From NCBI GenBank assembly GCA_040880105.1, contig JBBDJA010000031.1, positions 1 through 57,199 of the forward strand: a DNA stretch of 57,199 nt, read 5' to 3'. A model generated the notes under the pieces. The model searched no databases. It worked only from the letters and a program-made list of their open reading frames with translations, and was not told the origin of the DNA. Source of the stretch: Waddliaceae bacterium (GTDB lineage Bacteria > Chlamydiota > Chlamydiia > Chlamydiales > SLOH01). Shown here piece after piece: positions 10,209-19,251 of this stretch (positions within the stretch are counted from its first letter, which is position 1; each line of letters starts with the position of its first letter). A program made the position numbers and the translations under genes.

Positions 10209-11312
10209 ATGTTAACTATTAAAGAGCATAAGATCTCAGGTTATGAAAAAATAATTGAAGGAATCAATCCGGAGGCAAATCTTCACTGCTTTATCGCGAT
10301 TCATAGTACAAAACTTGGGCCGGCGCTTGGGGGTACGCGCATTTATCCTTACAGTTCAAAAGAGGCTGCTCTTAAAGATGTTTTACGGCTCTCTAAGGGG
10401 ATGACGTATAAGTCAGCGGTAGTACAGATTGGGCTTGGGGGTGGAAAGAGTGTGATTATCGCAGACCCGAAAACTGAGAAATCACACGCGCTTCTTCATG
10501 CATTTGCAGAGGTTCTTAACACGTTAAAAGGTGACTATCTAGCAGCAGAAGATGTCGGTAGCAATACAGACGATATGATGGTCATTCGAGAAAAATCACC
10601 CTATGTTGCCGCTCTTCCAACCAAAACAAGCAGTGGGGATCCGAGTCCTTACACCGCAAGAGGGGTTTTCAAAGGAATGCAGGCAGTCGCCGATCATTTA
10701 TGGGGTCACCCCTCTCTTCGCAATAAAAAAATTCTAATCCAAGGACTGGGACATGTGGGGGCGAAGTTGTCTCGCATCCTTTTTTGGGAAGGAGCCGAGC
10801 TGATTGTTTCAGATGTAGATCAAGAGTCTCTTGAAAAAATCTCAATGCTAGAAGGAGCTGTAAAAGTCGATCCTTCACTTGTGTTTGATGTGGAGTGCGA
10901 TATTTTTTCCCCATGCGCTTTAGGGGGAGTCTTAAATAAAGAGACGATCTCACGCCTTAAATGCAAGGCGGTTGCCGGTTCTGCAAATAATCAACTTGAA
11001 GAGCTAGAGGATGGGGCGCGTCTCTATGAAAGAGGAATCCTGTATGCGCCCGATTTTATCATCAATAGCGGAGGTATTATTAATGCGTCTGCTGAGTACG
11101 AGCCAAAGGGTTACGATCCAAGATTCTCAAGAGATAAAGTTAACGGCATCTACGACACTTTACTTGAGATATTCCGACGCTCTGATATGGAACATAAGCC
11201 AACGTCTGTCGTTGCAAAGGAACTTGCAGAGTATTATTTAAAGGAAGAAATCGGCAAACGAAAACATCCTATTCATTTGGAAGAAGAGTCGAAAAATGAA
11301 AAAAAAGGATAA
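10209..11312 (+). CDS. ldh: Glu/Leu/Phe/Val dehydrogenase (leucine dehydrogenase)
   Basis: GPALGGTR, GMTYK, GGGKSVI, AEDVG, GLGHVG and GSANNQL motifs. Confidence 0.93.
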   Translation: MLTIKEHKISGYEKIIEGINPEANLHCFIAIHSTKLGPALGGTRIYPYSSKEAALKDVLRLSKGMTYKSAVVQIGLGGGKSVIIADPKTEKSHALLHAFAEVLNTLKGDYLAAEDVGSNTDDMMVIREKSPYVAALPTKTSSGDPSPYTARGVFKGMQAVADHLWGHPSLRNKKILIQGLGHVGAKLSRILFWEGAELIVSDVDQESLEKISMLEGAVKVDPSLVFDVECDIFSPCALGGVLNKETISRLKCKAVAGSANNQLEELEDGARLYERGILYAPDFIINSGGIINASAEYEPKGYDPRFSRDKVNGIYDTLLEIFRRSDMEHKPTSVVAKELAEYYLKEEIGKRKHPIHLEEESKNEKKG

Positions 11313-11331
11313 AGGCATCTAATAAGAATCC

Positions 11332-11360
11332 TTCACATAATCAAAACAATTGCGTATAAT
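11332..11360 (+). promoter_or_regulatory. Sigma66-type promoter for argS
   Basis: TTCACA-N17-TATAAT; the -10 box ends 7 nt before ATG 11368. Confidence 0.6.
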
Positions 11361-11367
11361 TTACCGC

Positions 11368-13092
11368 ATGCAACCAATAATTAAAATTTTAGAAGAAAAG
11401 TTTCGTTCTGCTTGCCAAATGGCAAATTTCCCTCCATGTACAATTGAAATTGTAACAAGCAGTAAAGAGCAGTTCGGTCACTATCAGTGCAACTCTGCGA
11501 TGCCGCTGGCAAAAGAGTTGAAAATGGCACCTAGGCAAATCGCTGAGAAAATTGTCTCAAATGTCGAAAAGGGAGTTGAGATTACCCAGCTTGAAATTGC
11601 CGGACCCGGATTTATTAACATTACTTTATCGCCAGAATTTTTGAGCGAGCAGATCAATCAAATGAGAAACAGTAAAACCCTAGGGGTTCCTGTTCCCAAT
11701 AAACCTGAAAAAGTGATTGTCGAGTTCTCTTCTCCCAATATAGCAAAAGAACTTCATGTCGGCCATTTGCGTTCAACGATTATCGGCGACTCTATTGCGC
11801 GTTTATTTGAGTTTATGGGTCAAGATGTCTTGCGACTCAACCATATTGGGGACTGGGGGACAAGTTTTGGGATGCTAATTGCTTACTTGAAAGATAAAGC
11901 GCCGGAAGTGGTCGAAGGAAAAGAAAGCCCCGACTTACTTCAGTTAGAAACCTGGTATAAGGAAGCAAAAAAACGATTTGATGAAGATCCCGCTTTTAAA
12001 AAAACATCTCAATTGCAAGTTGTTGCTTTGCAAAGCGGGGAGCCTCAGGCGCGCCGTGCATGGGAAATCATCTGCGATATTTCAAGGAAGGCGTATCAAG
12101 AGATCTATGATCTTTTGGATGTAAAACTTAATGAGCGTGGCGAGTCTTTTTATAACCCAATGTTACCTGACGTTATTCATGATCTGGAAGAAAAGGGGAT
12201 CGTTCAAATTTCAAATGGTGCCAAATGTCTTTTTTTAGACGGTTTTGTCAATCGCGAAGGCAGTCCTCTCCCCATGATTATTCAGAAATCCGATGGTGGA
12301 TATAATTACTCTACAACTGATTTGGCTGCGATCAAACATCGGATTCAAGAAGAAAATGCAGACCGCATTATCATTGTCACAGATGCCGGACAAAAACTGC
12401 ACTTTAAAATGATCTTTGCCGCCGCGGAAAAAGCGGACTACCTAGATCAGAATAAAGTCAGGGTGGACCATGTACCCTTTGGACTTGTCCTGGGCCCGGA
12501 TGGTAAGAAATTTCAAACACGTTCGGGTAAAACGGAAAAGCTGATCGACCTTTTGACTGAAGCTGTTCACCGCGCAAAGGCAATTGTTGATACACGCGCG
12601 CATCAAGTACCCGAAGATGAAAAAATGCAGCTTGCAAGTTCACTTGGGATTGGCGCCATTAAGTATGCCGATCTCTCTTCTCATCGCATGAGTGATTACA
12701 CCTTTAGTTATGATCGTATGCTGCAGTTTGAAGGGAATACAGCGGCATTTATGATGTATTCTTATGTGCGTATTCAAGGGATCAAGCGCAAAATAGGGAA
12801 AGAGATCGACCCATCAGAGCAGATAAATCTTAAGCATCACACGGAAATTGCCTTAGGATTACATTTGCTGCGATTTTCAGAGGCTTGCATACAGATGGCA
12901 TCCGAGCTTCTTCCTAATCGATTGACAGAGTATCTCTATCTTTTAGCTGAAAAATTTAACGCCTTTTATCGCGACTGTCAAGTAGAGGGAAGCGAGGATG
13001 CGGATTCTAGACTTTTGCTATGTGAGCTTACGGCGCGCGTCTTAAAGCAAGGTTTATCTATTCTTGGAGTGAAAACGGTTTCGAGGATGTAG
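11368..13092 (+). CDS. argS: Arginine--tRNA ligase
   Basis: FGHYQCN, AGPGFIN, EFSSPNIAKELHVGHLRST, NHIGDWG, KSDGGYNY and GNTA motifs. Confidence 0.98.
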   Translation: MQPIIKILEEKFRSACQMANFPPCTIEIVTSSKEQFGHYQCNSAMPLAKELKMAPRQIAEKIVSNVEKGVEITQLEIAGPGFINITLSPEFLSEQINQMRNSKTLGVPVPNKPEKVIVEFSSPNIAKELHVGHLRSTIIGDSIARLFEFMGQDVLRLNHIGDWGTSFGMLIAYLKDKAPEVVEGKESPDLLQLETWYKEAKKRFDEDPAFKKTSQLQVVALQSGEPQARRAWEIICDISRKAYQEIYDLLDVKLNERGESFYNPMLPDVIHDLEEKGIVQISNGAKCLFLDGFVNREGSPLPMIIQKSDGGYNYSTTDLAAIKHRIQEENADRIIIVTDAGQKLHFKMIFAAAEKADYLDQNKVRVDHVPFGLVLGPDGKKFQTRSGKTEKLIDLLTEAVHRAKAIVDTRAHQVPEDEKMQLASSLGIGAIKYADLSSHRMSDYTFSYDRMLQFEGNTAAFMMYSYVRIQGIKRKIGKEIDPSEQINLKHHTEIALGLHLLRFSEACIQMASELLPNRLTEYLYLLAEKFNAFYRDCQVEGSEDADSRLLLCELTARVLKQGLSILGVKTVSRM

Positions 13093-13105
13093 TCATGAGG
13101 GGTTT

Positions 13106-13201
13106 TACTGCAGAATGAGATCATCTGCTGGGTCAACTATTGCAGAATGAGATCATCTGCTCGGTTAACTATTGCAGAATGAGTTGATTTGCTTGGTGAT
13201 C
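13106..13201. repeat. Tandem repeat, 3 x 32 bp, at the convergent argS/lipase junction
   Basis: TACTGCAGAATGAGATCATCTGCTGGGTCAAC / TATTGCAGAATGAGATCATCTGCTCGGTTAAC / TATTGCAGAATGAGTTGATTTGCTTGGTGATC; no spacers. Confidence 0.9.
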
Positions 13202-14278
13202 TACTTTTTGAAAATTGATTTTTCTTCGCGCGTTCAATGATTTTTTAAGACACTTTCTCGGCGACAGTTTTGGTGACTTCATCATAGATTGCGTAAGTAG
13301 ATGAGCGGATTCACGATTAACAACTTCGATCACTCGATCGATGACAGTATCTGAATAGAGAATCCCGCTATGACCAATGTGATTAAACGTATGTACATTT
13401 GGTGACGTACGAGGAAGTGAGCATCTAGCTGATGAGTGTGGAATTATAACGCAGTCGACATCTGAGGCAAAGTGATAAAACCGAATGGTGGCGGCTTTTC
13501 TAATTCTCTCACTTAACTCTTGTAAATATAAGCTACCTCGTTCCATCTCACGAGCGCGTTTTCCGGGGCTCAAACTGGCAACTTTTGTGCCTTCCAAAGG
13601 TGAGGCAAGTGTGATAACAGTGATTTTACCTCTAAATCTTTCATTTTCTGATAGCTCTAGTCCGACTTGTGAAGCTGTAATACCACCCATTGAGTGACCA
13701 AGGAAAATGGCTCCATATTTTTCGATATGCTCCGTGTAATCTTTAATTAAGTGCTTCATTTCATGGTTATGCCAGCCGATTGAAGACCATGTTTTAGAAC
13801 TTGAGAAGCTAATAAATGGGTATTCCAGTCGCGAGACTTCTTGTCTAACATATGACCAAGCAGAGCTGTCGCTGAAATGCCCATGCACACCTACAATAAG
13901 CGGCAAATTGCCTTTAATTTCCTTTGGATGAGGGTTTTTTATTTCATCACTTTCCAATTCAATTGAGTGGAAAAAAAGATGAAGGAGCAACTCTTTACCG
14001 GTTCCTTTGATCCATTGAATGGATCGTTGCAGAGTTTGAGGAAGATAGGGCGTTGCAAACTCACCGAATAAAAGGGATCCGAGAAGAATAGGAGCTGCGA
14101 TAAGAAGAGTTGAGCTCACAAGCCCAAAAGCAGCAACGCCAATCAGTGCGGCTAGCGCAATTTCTGTCACTCTAAGAGCAAATTCAGAGACATGAGAGAG
14201 GCGCACCTTTTGCGAAAAATCGAGCGATTGATTTTGACTTGCCTTTAAGAAAGGCTCTGAATGTATATGCATACTCAT
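13169..14278 (-). CDS. Alpha/beta hydrolase (lipase/esterase-like) with N-terminal hydrophobic hairpin
   Basis: VHGH oxyanion segment, GHSMGG nucleophile, ITLASPLEGT, Asp in DVDCVI and His in IGHSGIL; long hydrophobic stretch at aa ~35-75. Confidence 0.85.
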   Translation of the reverse strand: MSMHIHSEPFLKASQNQSLDFSQKVRLSHVSEFALRVTEIALAALIGVAAFGLVSSTLLIAAPILLGSLLFGEFATPYLPQTLQRSIQWIKGTGKELLLHLFFHSIELESDEIKNPHPKEIKGNLPLIVGVHGHFSDSSAWSYVRQEVSRLEYPFISFSSSKTWSSIGWHNHEMKHLIKDYTEHIEKYGAIFLGHSMGGITASQVGLELSENERFRGKITVITLASPLEGTKVASLSPGKRAREMERGSLYLQELSERIRKAATIRFYHFASDVDCVIIPHSSARCSLPRTSPNVHTFNHIGHSGILYSDTVIDRVIEVVNRESAHLLTQSMMKSPKLSPRKCLKKSLNARRKINFQKVDHQANQLILQ

Positions 14279-14628
14279 ATTTTATATTCTTCCGCAACTT
14301 CTAGTCGGCTTTCGTTTTCGATTCTCTCATAAAGACAGGCCCAATACAGAATGGCAGATGCAAGAGCGACGATATTGCCAATAATCGGAATCGTCTCAAT
14401 TAAGCCGAGCGTGACATTCTTAACTCCCCACATGAGCTGATCAACAAAATGGTCATCCAGTTTCCTCTGTAACATCAATTTTGCTAGTGCATTTATTATT
14501 TGGGTAACGCCAGTTGTTACTTTGATCCAAGCAAAGGTTCTTCCGATCAGTGGAATAGAGGAGGCAATTGAAAGAACGGTGTTAAATGCGATCTGTCGAT
14601 CTGTAATATTATGGGTATTTACTTGCAT
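14275..14628 (-). CDS. Small hypothetical membrane protein
   Basis: 117 aa with hydrophobic SIPLIG and ETIPIIGNIVALA segments; ATGA overlap with the downstream hydrolase. Confidence 0.7.
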   Translation of the reverse strand: MQVNTHNITDRQIAFNTVLSIASSIPLIGRTFAWIKVTTGVTQIINALAKLMLQRKLDDHFVDQLMWGVKNVTLGLIETIPIIGNIVALASAILYWACLYERIENESRLEVAEEYKI

Positions 14629-14686
14629 ATATAAAAAACATTAATTTATTAGTTCCTGATCATAACATTTGGATATTAAGATTTTG

Positions 14687-15682
14687 TTAATTTATGGATT
14701 CAATGACTTTATCAAAGATGTTATCAGAAAATAGAAGGCTTAAATGGCCATGATTTTGAATAGAGGTGTGATTGTGACAGCTTTCGGGTAAAGAGCGTGA
14801 GGCAGATTGATGCGGAAGCACAATCAGGTCGACGGTTGATGTAATATGATAGAAATTGGCTGTATTTTTCTCCATCTCTTCAATTCTTCTATTTAAGGTG
14901 GCAATGTATGGGGAATTCCTTTCCATTTCGCGCGCGCACTTTCCAATGCCGATTTTTGCAAGGTGCGTTCCTTGTAGAGGGGAGGCTAGTGTAATGACCT
15001 GAATTTTATTTTTGAGGAGTGGGTGTCTTTGAATAATAAGATCTGCTGCTTTGCAAGCTGCAATGCCTCCCATTGAATGACCAAGTAAAACAACTCCATT
15101 TTTTTGAATATAGTCAAAATATTTTTGAGAAAGTATTTCTATTTGCTCTGCATATTGATCGATGGATGCAAACATTTTTCTTTTTGTGAGGGTTACAAAA
15201 TTAAAACCGGCGCTTTGGAGCCTTCGACGTCCGTATATCCAAGCAGAACTGTTATGGAGGTATCCATGAGATGCAATCACAAGTGGCTTATTTCCCTTTA
15301 GATTAGAAGCGTCCGGGTTCTGCTTTTCTAAACGATAGAAGTAGAAAAAAATATGTATTGGGAGAGTTAAAAATTCTTTTCCCGCTCCATTGACCCAATG
15401 AACGGCGCGCCTTGCTTTAAGCGGGAGATAAGGTGTTGCAAATTCTCCAAATAACAAAGACCCGAGCAGTAGTGAAGAGAGGAGTAAAGGATTTGTGCCT
15501 ACAATTCCGATGATTCCCAAGCAAACGATGAGGGCAAGTGCGATTTCAGAAACCCTTAGAGTCACCTCAAGAATTTGTGATAGACGTCTCTCTCTATCGG
15601 TGGAAGAATATTCAGATTGGACCCTAACTTCTTCGTTGATAGAGGATGCGTTGTGGCTATTAACGAGAGTAGCTGTATTCAT
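14687..15682 (-). CDS. Alpha/beta hydrolase (lipase/esterase-like) paralog with N-terminal hydrophobic hairpin
   Basis: SHGYLHNSSAW, GHSMGG, ITLASPLQGT and HGHLSLL motifs. ATG at 15682 has an AAGGTG RBS; the track start 15724 lies inside repeat E. Confidence 0.85.
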   Translation of the reverse strand: MNTATLVNSHNASSINEEVRVQSEYSSTDRERRLSQILEVTLRVSEIALALIVCLGIIGIVGTNPLLLSSLLLGSLLFGEFATPYLPLKARRAVHWVNGAGKEFLTLPIHIFFYFYRLEKQNPDASNLKGNKPLVIASHGYLHNSSAWIYGRRRLQSAGFNFVTLTKRKMFASIDQYAEQIEILSQKYFDYIQKNGVVLLGHSMGGIAACKAADLIIQRHPLLKNKIQVITLASPLQGTHLAKIGIGKCAREMERNSPYIATLNRRIEEMEKNTANFYHITSTVDLIVLPHQSASRSLPESCHNHTSIQNHGHLSLLFSDNIFDKVIESIN

Positions 15683-15708
15683 ATTAAACACCTTTCTTTG
15701 ACTTTGAA

Positions 15709-15855
15709 GAAACCCTTGACTCACTCAGATTGTTAAATTTAGCACCGCTCTTGAGGGAATTTTAGTGAAACGTAATCGTTTGACCATCAATTCATTTTTC
15801 GAATTTTAGAAAAAATTCATGAAAAATTAAATCGACCCGAGTTAATCAGACTCCT
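15709..15855. repeat. Palindromic intergenic element, copy E (centre shortened)
   Basis: GAAACCCTTGACTCACTCAGATTGTTAAATTTAGCACC..GAGGGAATT...TTTTTCGAATTTTAGAAAAAATTCATG..GAGTTAATCAGACTCC. Confidence 0.8.
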
Positions 15856-15957
15856 TCTTTAACTAATAGTATAGTTGGCGAATGTTAATATTTGATAAAT
15901 AATAGAATGGCTATCCGACTTATCACAGGTTGGTCATAAAGAAGTGGGGGGAGAATA

Positions 15958-16695
15958 TTAATATGACATCCGATTGTCATCGTTTGTCATCAATAATATC
16001 TTAGAGAAAATCTCTTTTGAATAAAGCAAAGCAATATGGCCAATGCCTTCTTTTAGAGTGACTCGGGGATCTCTAATCGGGAGGGAGCGGATAGAAGATG
16101 CGTAAGGAATGACTAAAAGATCGGTTTTATTACCAAAATGATGAAAATGCAACATTTTCTCATGAAGTGTCATTTGTTCTAGAAGATTTTGGGTAAAAGG
16201 GGAGTGGGGATACATCTCTTTGGCGCACTGTCCGAACCCGATATAGGCAGTGTAAGTGCCTTCTAAAGGCGAGCCTAGAGTTGCGACAGTCATTTTACCT
16301 GCTAGATCAGGGTAGGCATGCAGCAATGCAATTGCACCTTTGGATACGGCAAGTCCTCCCATCGAATGACCGAGCAAAATAAGACCATTTTTTCTAATGT
16401 AACTTAAGTATCGTTCAGATAGAGAGACGATCTGATCTTTGTAAAGGTCAATGGATCCACCTGCCTTTTTTTTTGTTAGAGCTACAAAAGGAACGCGTCG
16501 CTTATTAAACCATCTTTTAGCAAAAAACCATGAGGAGGAATTATGAATGTACCCGTGCGCGCCAATAACAAGTGGCGCTGTGCCTTTAAGATTGTCGGGT
16601 GATGGATTTCTTTTTTCTAGATTATAGAAGTATAGCAACATGAAGATCGGAAGGGAGATCAATTCGGAGAGAATGCCTTTTATCCACTGAATCAT
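15958..16695 (-). CDS. Alpha/beta hydrolase (lipase/esterase-like) paralog, short form
   Basis: AHGYIHNSSSW, GHSMGG, TLGSPLEGT and IGHIALL motifs. Lacks the long N-terminal extension; ATGA overlap with epmB. Confidence 0.85.
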   Translation of the reverse strand: MIQWIKGILSELISLPIFMLLYFYNLEKRNPSPDNLKGTAPLVIGAHGYIHNSSSWFFAKRWFNKRRVPFVALTKKKAGGSIDLYKDQIVSLSERYLSYIRKNGLILLGHSMGGLAVSKGAIALLHAYPDLAGKMTVATLGSPLEGTYTAYIGFGQCAKEMYPHSPFTQNLLEQMTLHEKMLHFHHFGNKTDLLVIPYASSIRSLPIRDPRVTLKEGIGHIALLYSKEIFSKILLMTNDDNRMSY

Positions 16696-17654
16696 AAAAG
16701 AGGGGTTTTGCTCTGTTTTCCGGGGATTTCCCTCACATATTTGGGTATTCCATATCCGGGGAGTTGTTTTGTAAGTTCTTTGATGAGTATGGTCCCTTCT
16801 TCTTCCGGAACTTCAAAATGACTTGCTCCCTCCACACGGTCCAACTGGTGGAGGTAATAGGGAAGGATGCCTTGATTGACAAGGGATTCGCATAATGCTT
16901 TTTGCGCATCAATTGTGTCATTGATACCTTTGAGAAGAACTGCTTGATTGAGAAGGACAACTCCCTTTTTTTGAAGTTCTTTAAGATAAGAAAATATCTC
17001 GTCATCAAGTTCATTGACATGGTTGATATGCAATACAAACCACACCTGAAGTTTGGTTGCTTCTAGGATCTTCAGAAAACCATCATCAATTCTTTCCGGA
17101 ATTCCTATCGGAAAGCGCGTATGGAAACGGATGCGTTTAAGGTGTGAAATAGATGAGAGGTCATTAAACAGCAAATCAAGTGCGCGATTGGAAAGCGAAA
17201 GAGGGTCCCCTCCGCTAAGGATAATTTCGGTAATCGTTGGGTTACTGCGAACCTCTTCAATCTCTTTTTCAAATCCCTTGACCTTCGATTCATAAGGGAA
17301 ATTTTGGCGGAAACAGTAACGGCAGTGCATGGCGCATGCGCTTGTTGCAAGTATTAAGGCGCGTCCTTCATATTTATGTAGAAGTTTGGGTGATTTACAA
17401 AACTGGCTATCTTGAACCGGTTCCTTTACAAATTTTAGAGAAGGCACTGTCTCATTTTGCATGGGAACGAATTGTTTGAAAATTGGATCGTCTAGTGTCG
17501 ATTTTTCAATCTTTTCAGCAAGTCTTCTTGGTAAGTTGAGAGGAAATCGACTCTGTTTAAGGATTTTTTCCGTTTGCTCCTCGTTTAGCTGCAGAAAATC
17601 AGCAAGGGATTTCCAGTCTCTAAAGTTAGACTTGAGAATCGATTGCCACTTCAT
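16692..17654 (-). CDS. epmB: KamA-family radical SAM protein (EF-P beta-lysylation, EpmB-like)
   Basis: LLHKYEGR, CAMHCRYCFR, ILSGGDPL, HINH, NQAVLLKGIND and PYYLHQLD motifs. ATG at 17654 likely. Confidence 0.9.
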   Translation of the reverse strand: MKWQSILKSNFRDWKSLADFLQLNEEQTEKILKQSRFPLNLPRRLAEKIEKSTLDDPIFKQFVPMQNETVPSLKFVKEPVQDSQFCKSPKLLHKYEGRALILATSACAMHCRYCFRQNFPYESKVKGFEKEIEEVRSNPTITEIILSGGDPLSLSNRALDLLFNDLSSISHLKRIRFHTRFPIGIPERIDDGFLKILEATKLQVWFVLHINHVNELDDEIFSYLKELQKKGVVLLNQAVLLKGINDTIDAQKALCESLVNQGILPYYLHQLDRVEGASHFEVPEEEGTILIKELTKQLPGYGIPKYVREIPGKQSKTPLL

Positions 17655-17673
17655 ACTTTCTCTTAGAGGATAG

Positions 17674-19176
17674 TTATTCAAAGAGTTTGCTGCAGTCGCG
17701 CGCATTCCATCCCTTTTTCAACTGATCTATCTTCTTTTTTGAGATTCCACCAAGAAATTCAATGGATTGAAGAAAACGTGCACGCACGCGATCTTTTCCA
17801 AGAAGAGGAATAGAGGAAAAAAGAGGAGGTCCAAACCGCTTTCCCATAAGAGAGGCAAAAAGCAAAGGCATTACGGATTTTTTATGATTAACAGAAAAAG
17901 CTGCTGCAACTTCTTTAGATGCTTCGTGCATTCCCTCTTCACTCCATGTGTCCTTCTCTTCTAAGGACCATATGATGGCTTGAAGAATAAATGCAGCAGT
18001 CTCCTCTGTAAGACCCTTAATTTGAAATAGCTCTTTTGTGTAATTGAGGTGGTTAATGAAGAGAAAATCAGTAAGTTCGATGAATTCGCCAAAGGTTTTA
18101 ATGCGTGTGTGGCAAAGTGGCATTAATTTTTCCATGAACTCATCATTGAACATCCACTCCTTTAGGCGATCCCATAATTTATCTTCTGGAATTTCATTAA
18201 TTAAGTATTGCTGGTTGAGCCATTCAAGTTTTTTAATGTCAAAAACAGCGCCTGAGGCTCCAAATCGTGACTCTTCAAACTCCTTAATAATCTCATCTAT
18301 TGAATAGACTTCTTGATCTCCTTTCATACTATAACCCATCAAAGTCAGGAAATTACAAAACGCCTCGGGTAAAAAGCCGCTGTCACGGTAGTAAAAGATA
18401 GAAGTTGGGTTTTTTCGCTTGGACAGTTTTTTTCCATCTACACCAAGAAGTAGGGGCATATGGATGAATTTAGGTGGCTCCCATCCAAAGAATTCGTAGA
18501 GTAAAATATGCTTGGGGGTAGAACTGATCCATTCATCTCCACGGATGACGTGGGAAATTTTCATTAAATAGTCGTCAACAACGTTTGCTAGATGATAGGT
18601 CGGAAATCCATCCGATTTCATCAAGACTTGGTCATCAATGTCTGCCCAAGGAAAGGAGACACGCTTGCGAATACCGTCTTCAAACACACATTCACCGGTT
18701 AATGGAACTTTCATTCGTACCGTAAATGGCAAGTTTGCCTTTAAATTAGCTTCAATCTCTTGCTCGCTTAAGTTTCGGCAGCGCCTGTCATATCCTTGTC
18801 TGCCACCGCGTTTGGCTTGAACCTCTCTTCTCTCTTTTAATTCTTCAGGGGTACAGAAGCAACGGTACGCTTTGTCTTCATTGATTAATTGATCGCAATA
18901 TTTTTTGTAGATATCCAATCGTTCCGACTGTCGATAAGGTCCATAATCTCCACCGACATCGGGTCCCTCATCCCATTCGATTCCACACCAGTTGAGCGAG
19001 CGAAAGATGTTTTGTTCATATTCAGGTTTGCTGCGCGCTTGATCGGTATCTTCTATTCTTAAGACAAAGCTGCCACCATGATGACGGGCATAGATTAAAT
19101 TGAACATCGCCATATAGGCTGTCCCGACATGAGGATCTCCGGTAGGCGAAGGCGCGATACGAACTCTAACAGACAT
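17674..19176 (-). CDS. gltX: Glutamate--tRNA ligase
   Basis: [34 protein letters not shown] and KLSKR motifs. Confidence 0.98.
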   Translation of the reverse strand: MSVRVRIAPSPTGDPHVGTAYMAMFNLIYARHHGGSFVLRIEDTDQARSKPEYEQNIFRSLNWCGIEWDEGPDVGGDYGPYRQSERLDIYKKYCDQLINEDKAYRCFCTPEELKERREVQAKRGGRQGYDRRCRNLSEQEIEANLKANLPFTVRMKVPLTGECVFEDGIRKRVSFPWADIDDQVLMKSDGFPTYHLANVVDDYLMKISHVIRGDEWISSTPKHILLYEFFGWEPPKFIHMPLLLGVDGKKLSKRKNPTSIFYYRDSGFLPEAFCNFLTLMGYSMKGDQEVYSIDEIIKEFEESRFGASGAVFDIKKLEWLNQQYLINEIPEDKLWDRLKEWMFNDEFMEKLMPLCHTRIKTFGEFIELTDFLFINHLNYTKELFQIKGLTEETAAFILQAIIWSLEEKDTWSEEGMHEASKEVAAAFSVNHKKSVMPLLFASLMGKRFGPPLFSSIPLLGKDRVRARFLQSIEFLGGISKKKIDQLKKGWNARDCSKLFE

Positions 19177-19251
19177 GGTTAACCTATAAAAAGGGGAATT
19201 ATGGCCGATTATCTTTTTGATTGCAATGATAAGAAAGCATGCGTTAGAGCT

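Noticed and set aside
13106..13201. 32-bp repeats as a CRISPR array
   Set aside because: Units are directly adjacent with no spacers, one unit is coding sequence, and no cas genes are present.
15683..15724. Element E contributing the N-terminus of the lipase
   Set aside because: A better ATG with RBS lies at 15682; the extension is a longest-ORF artefact.
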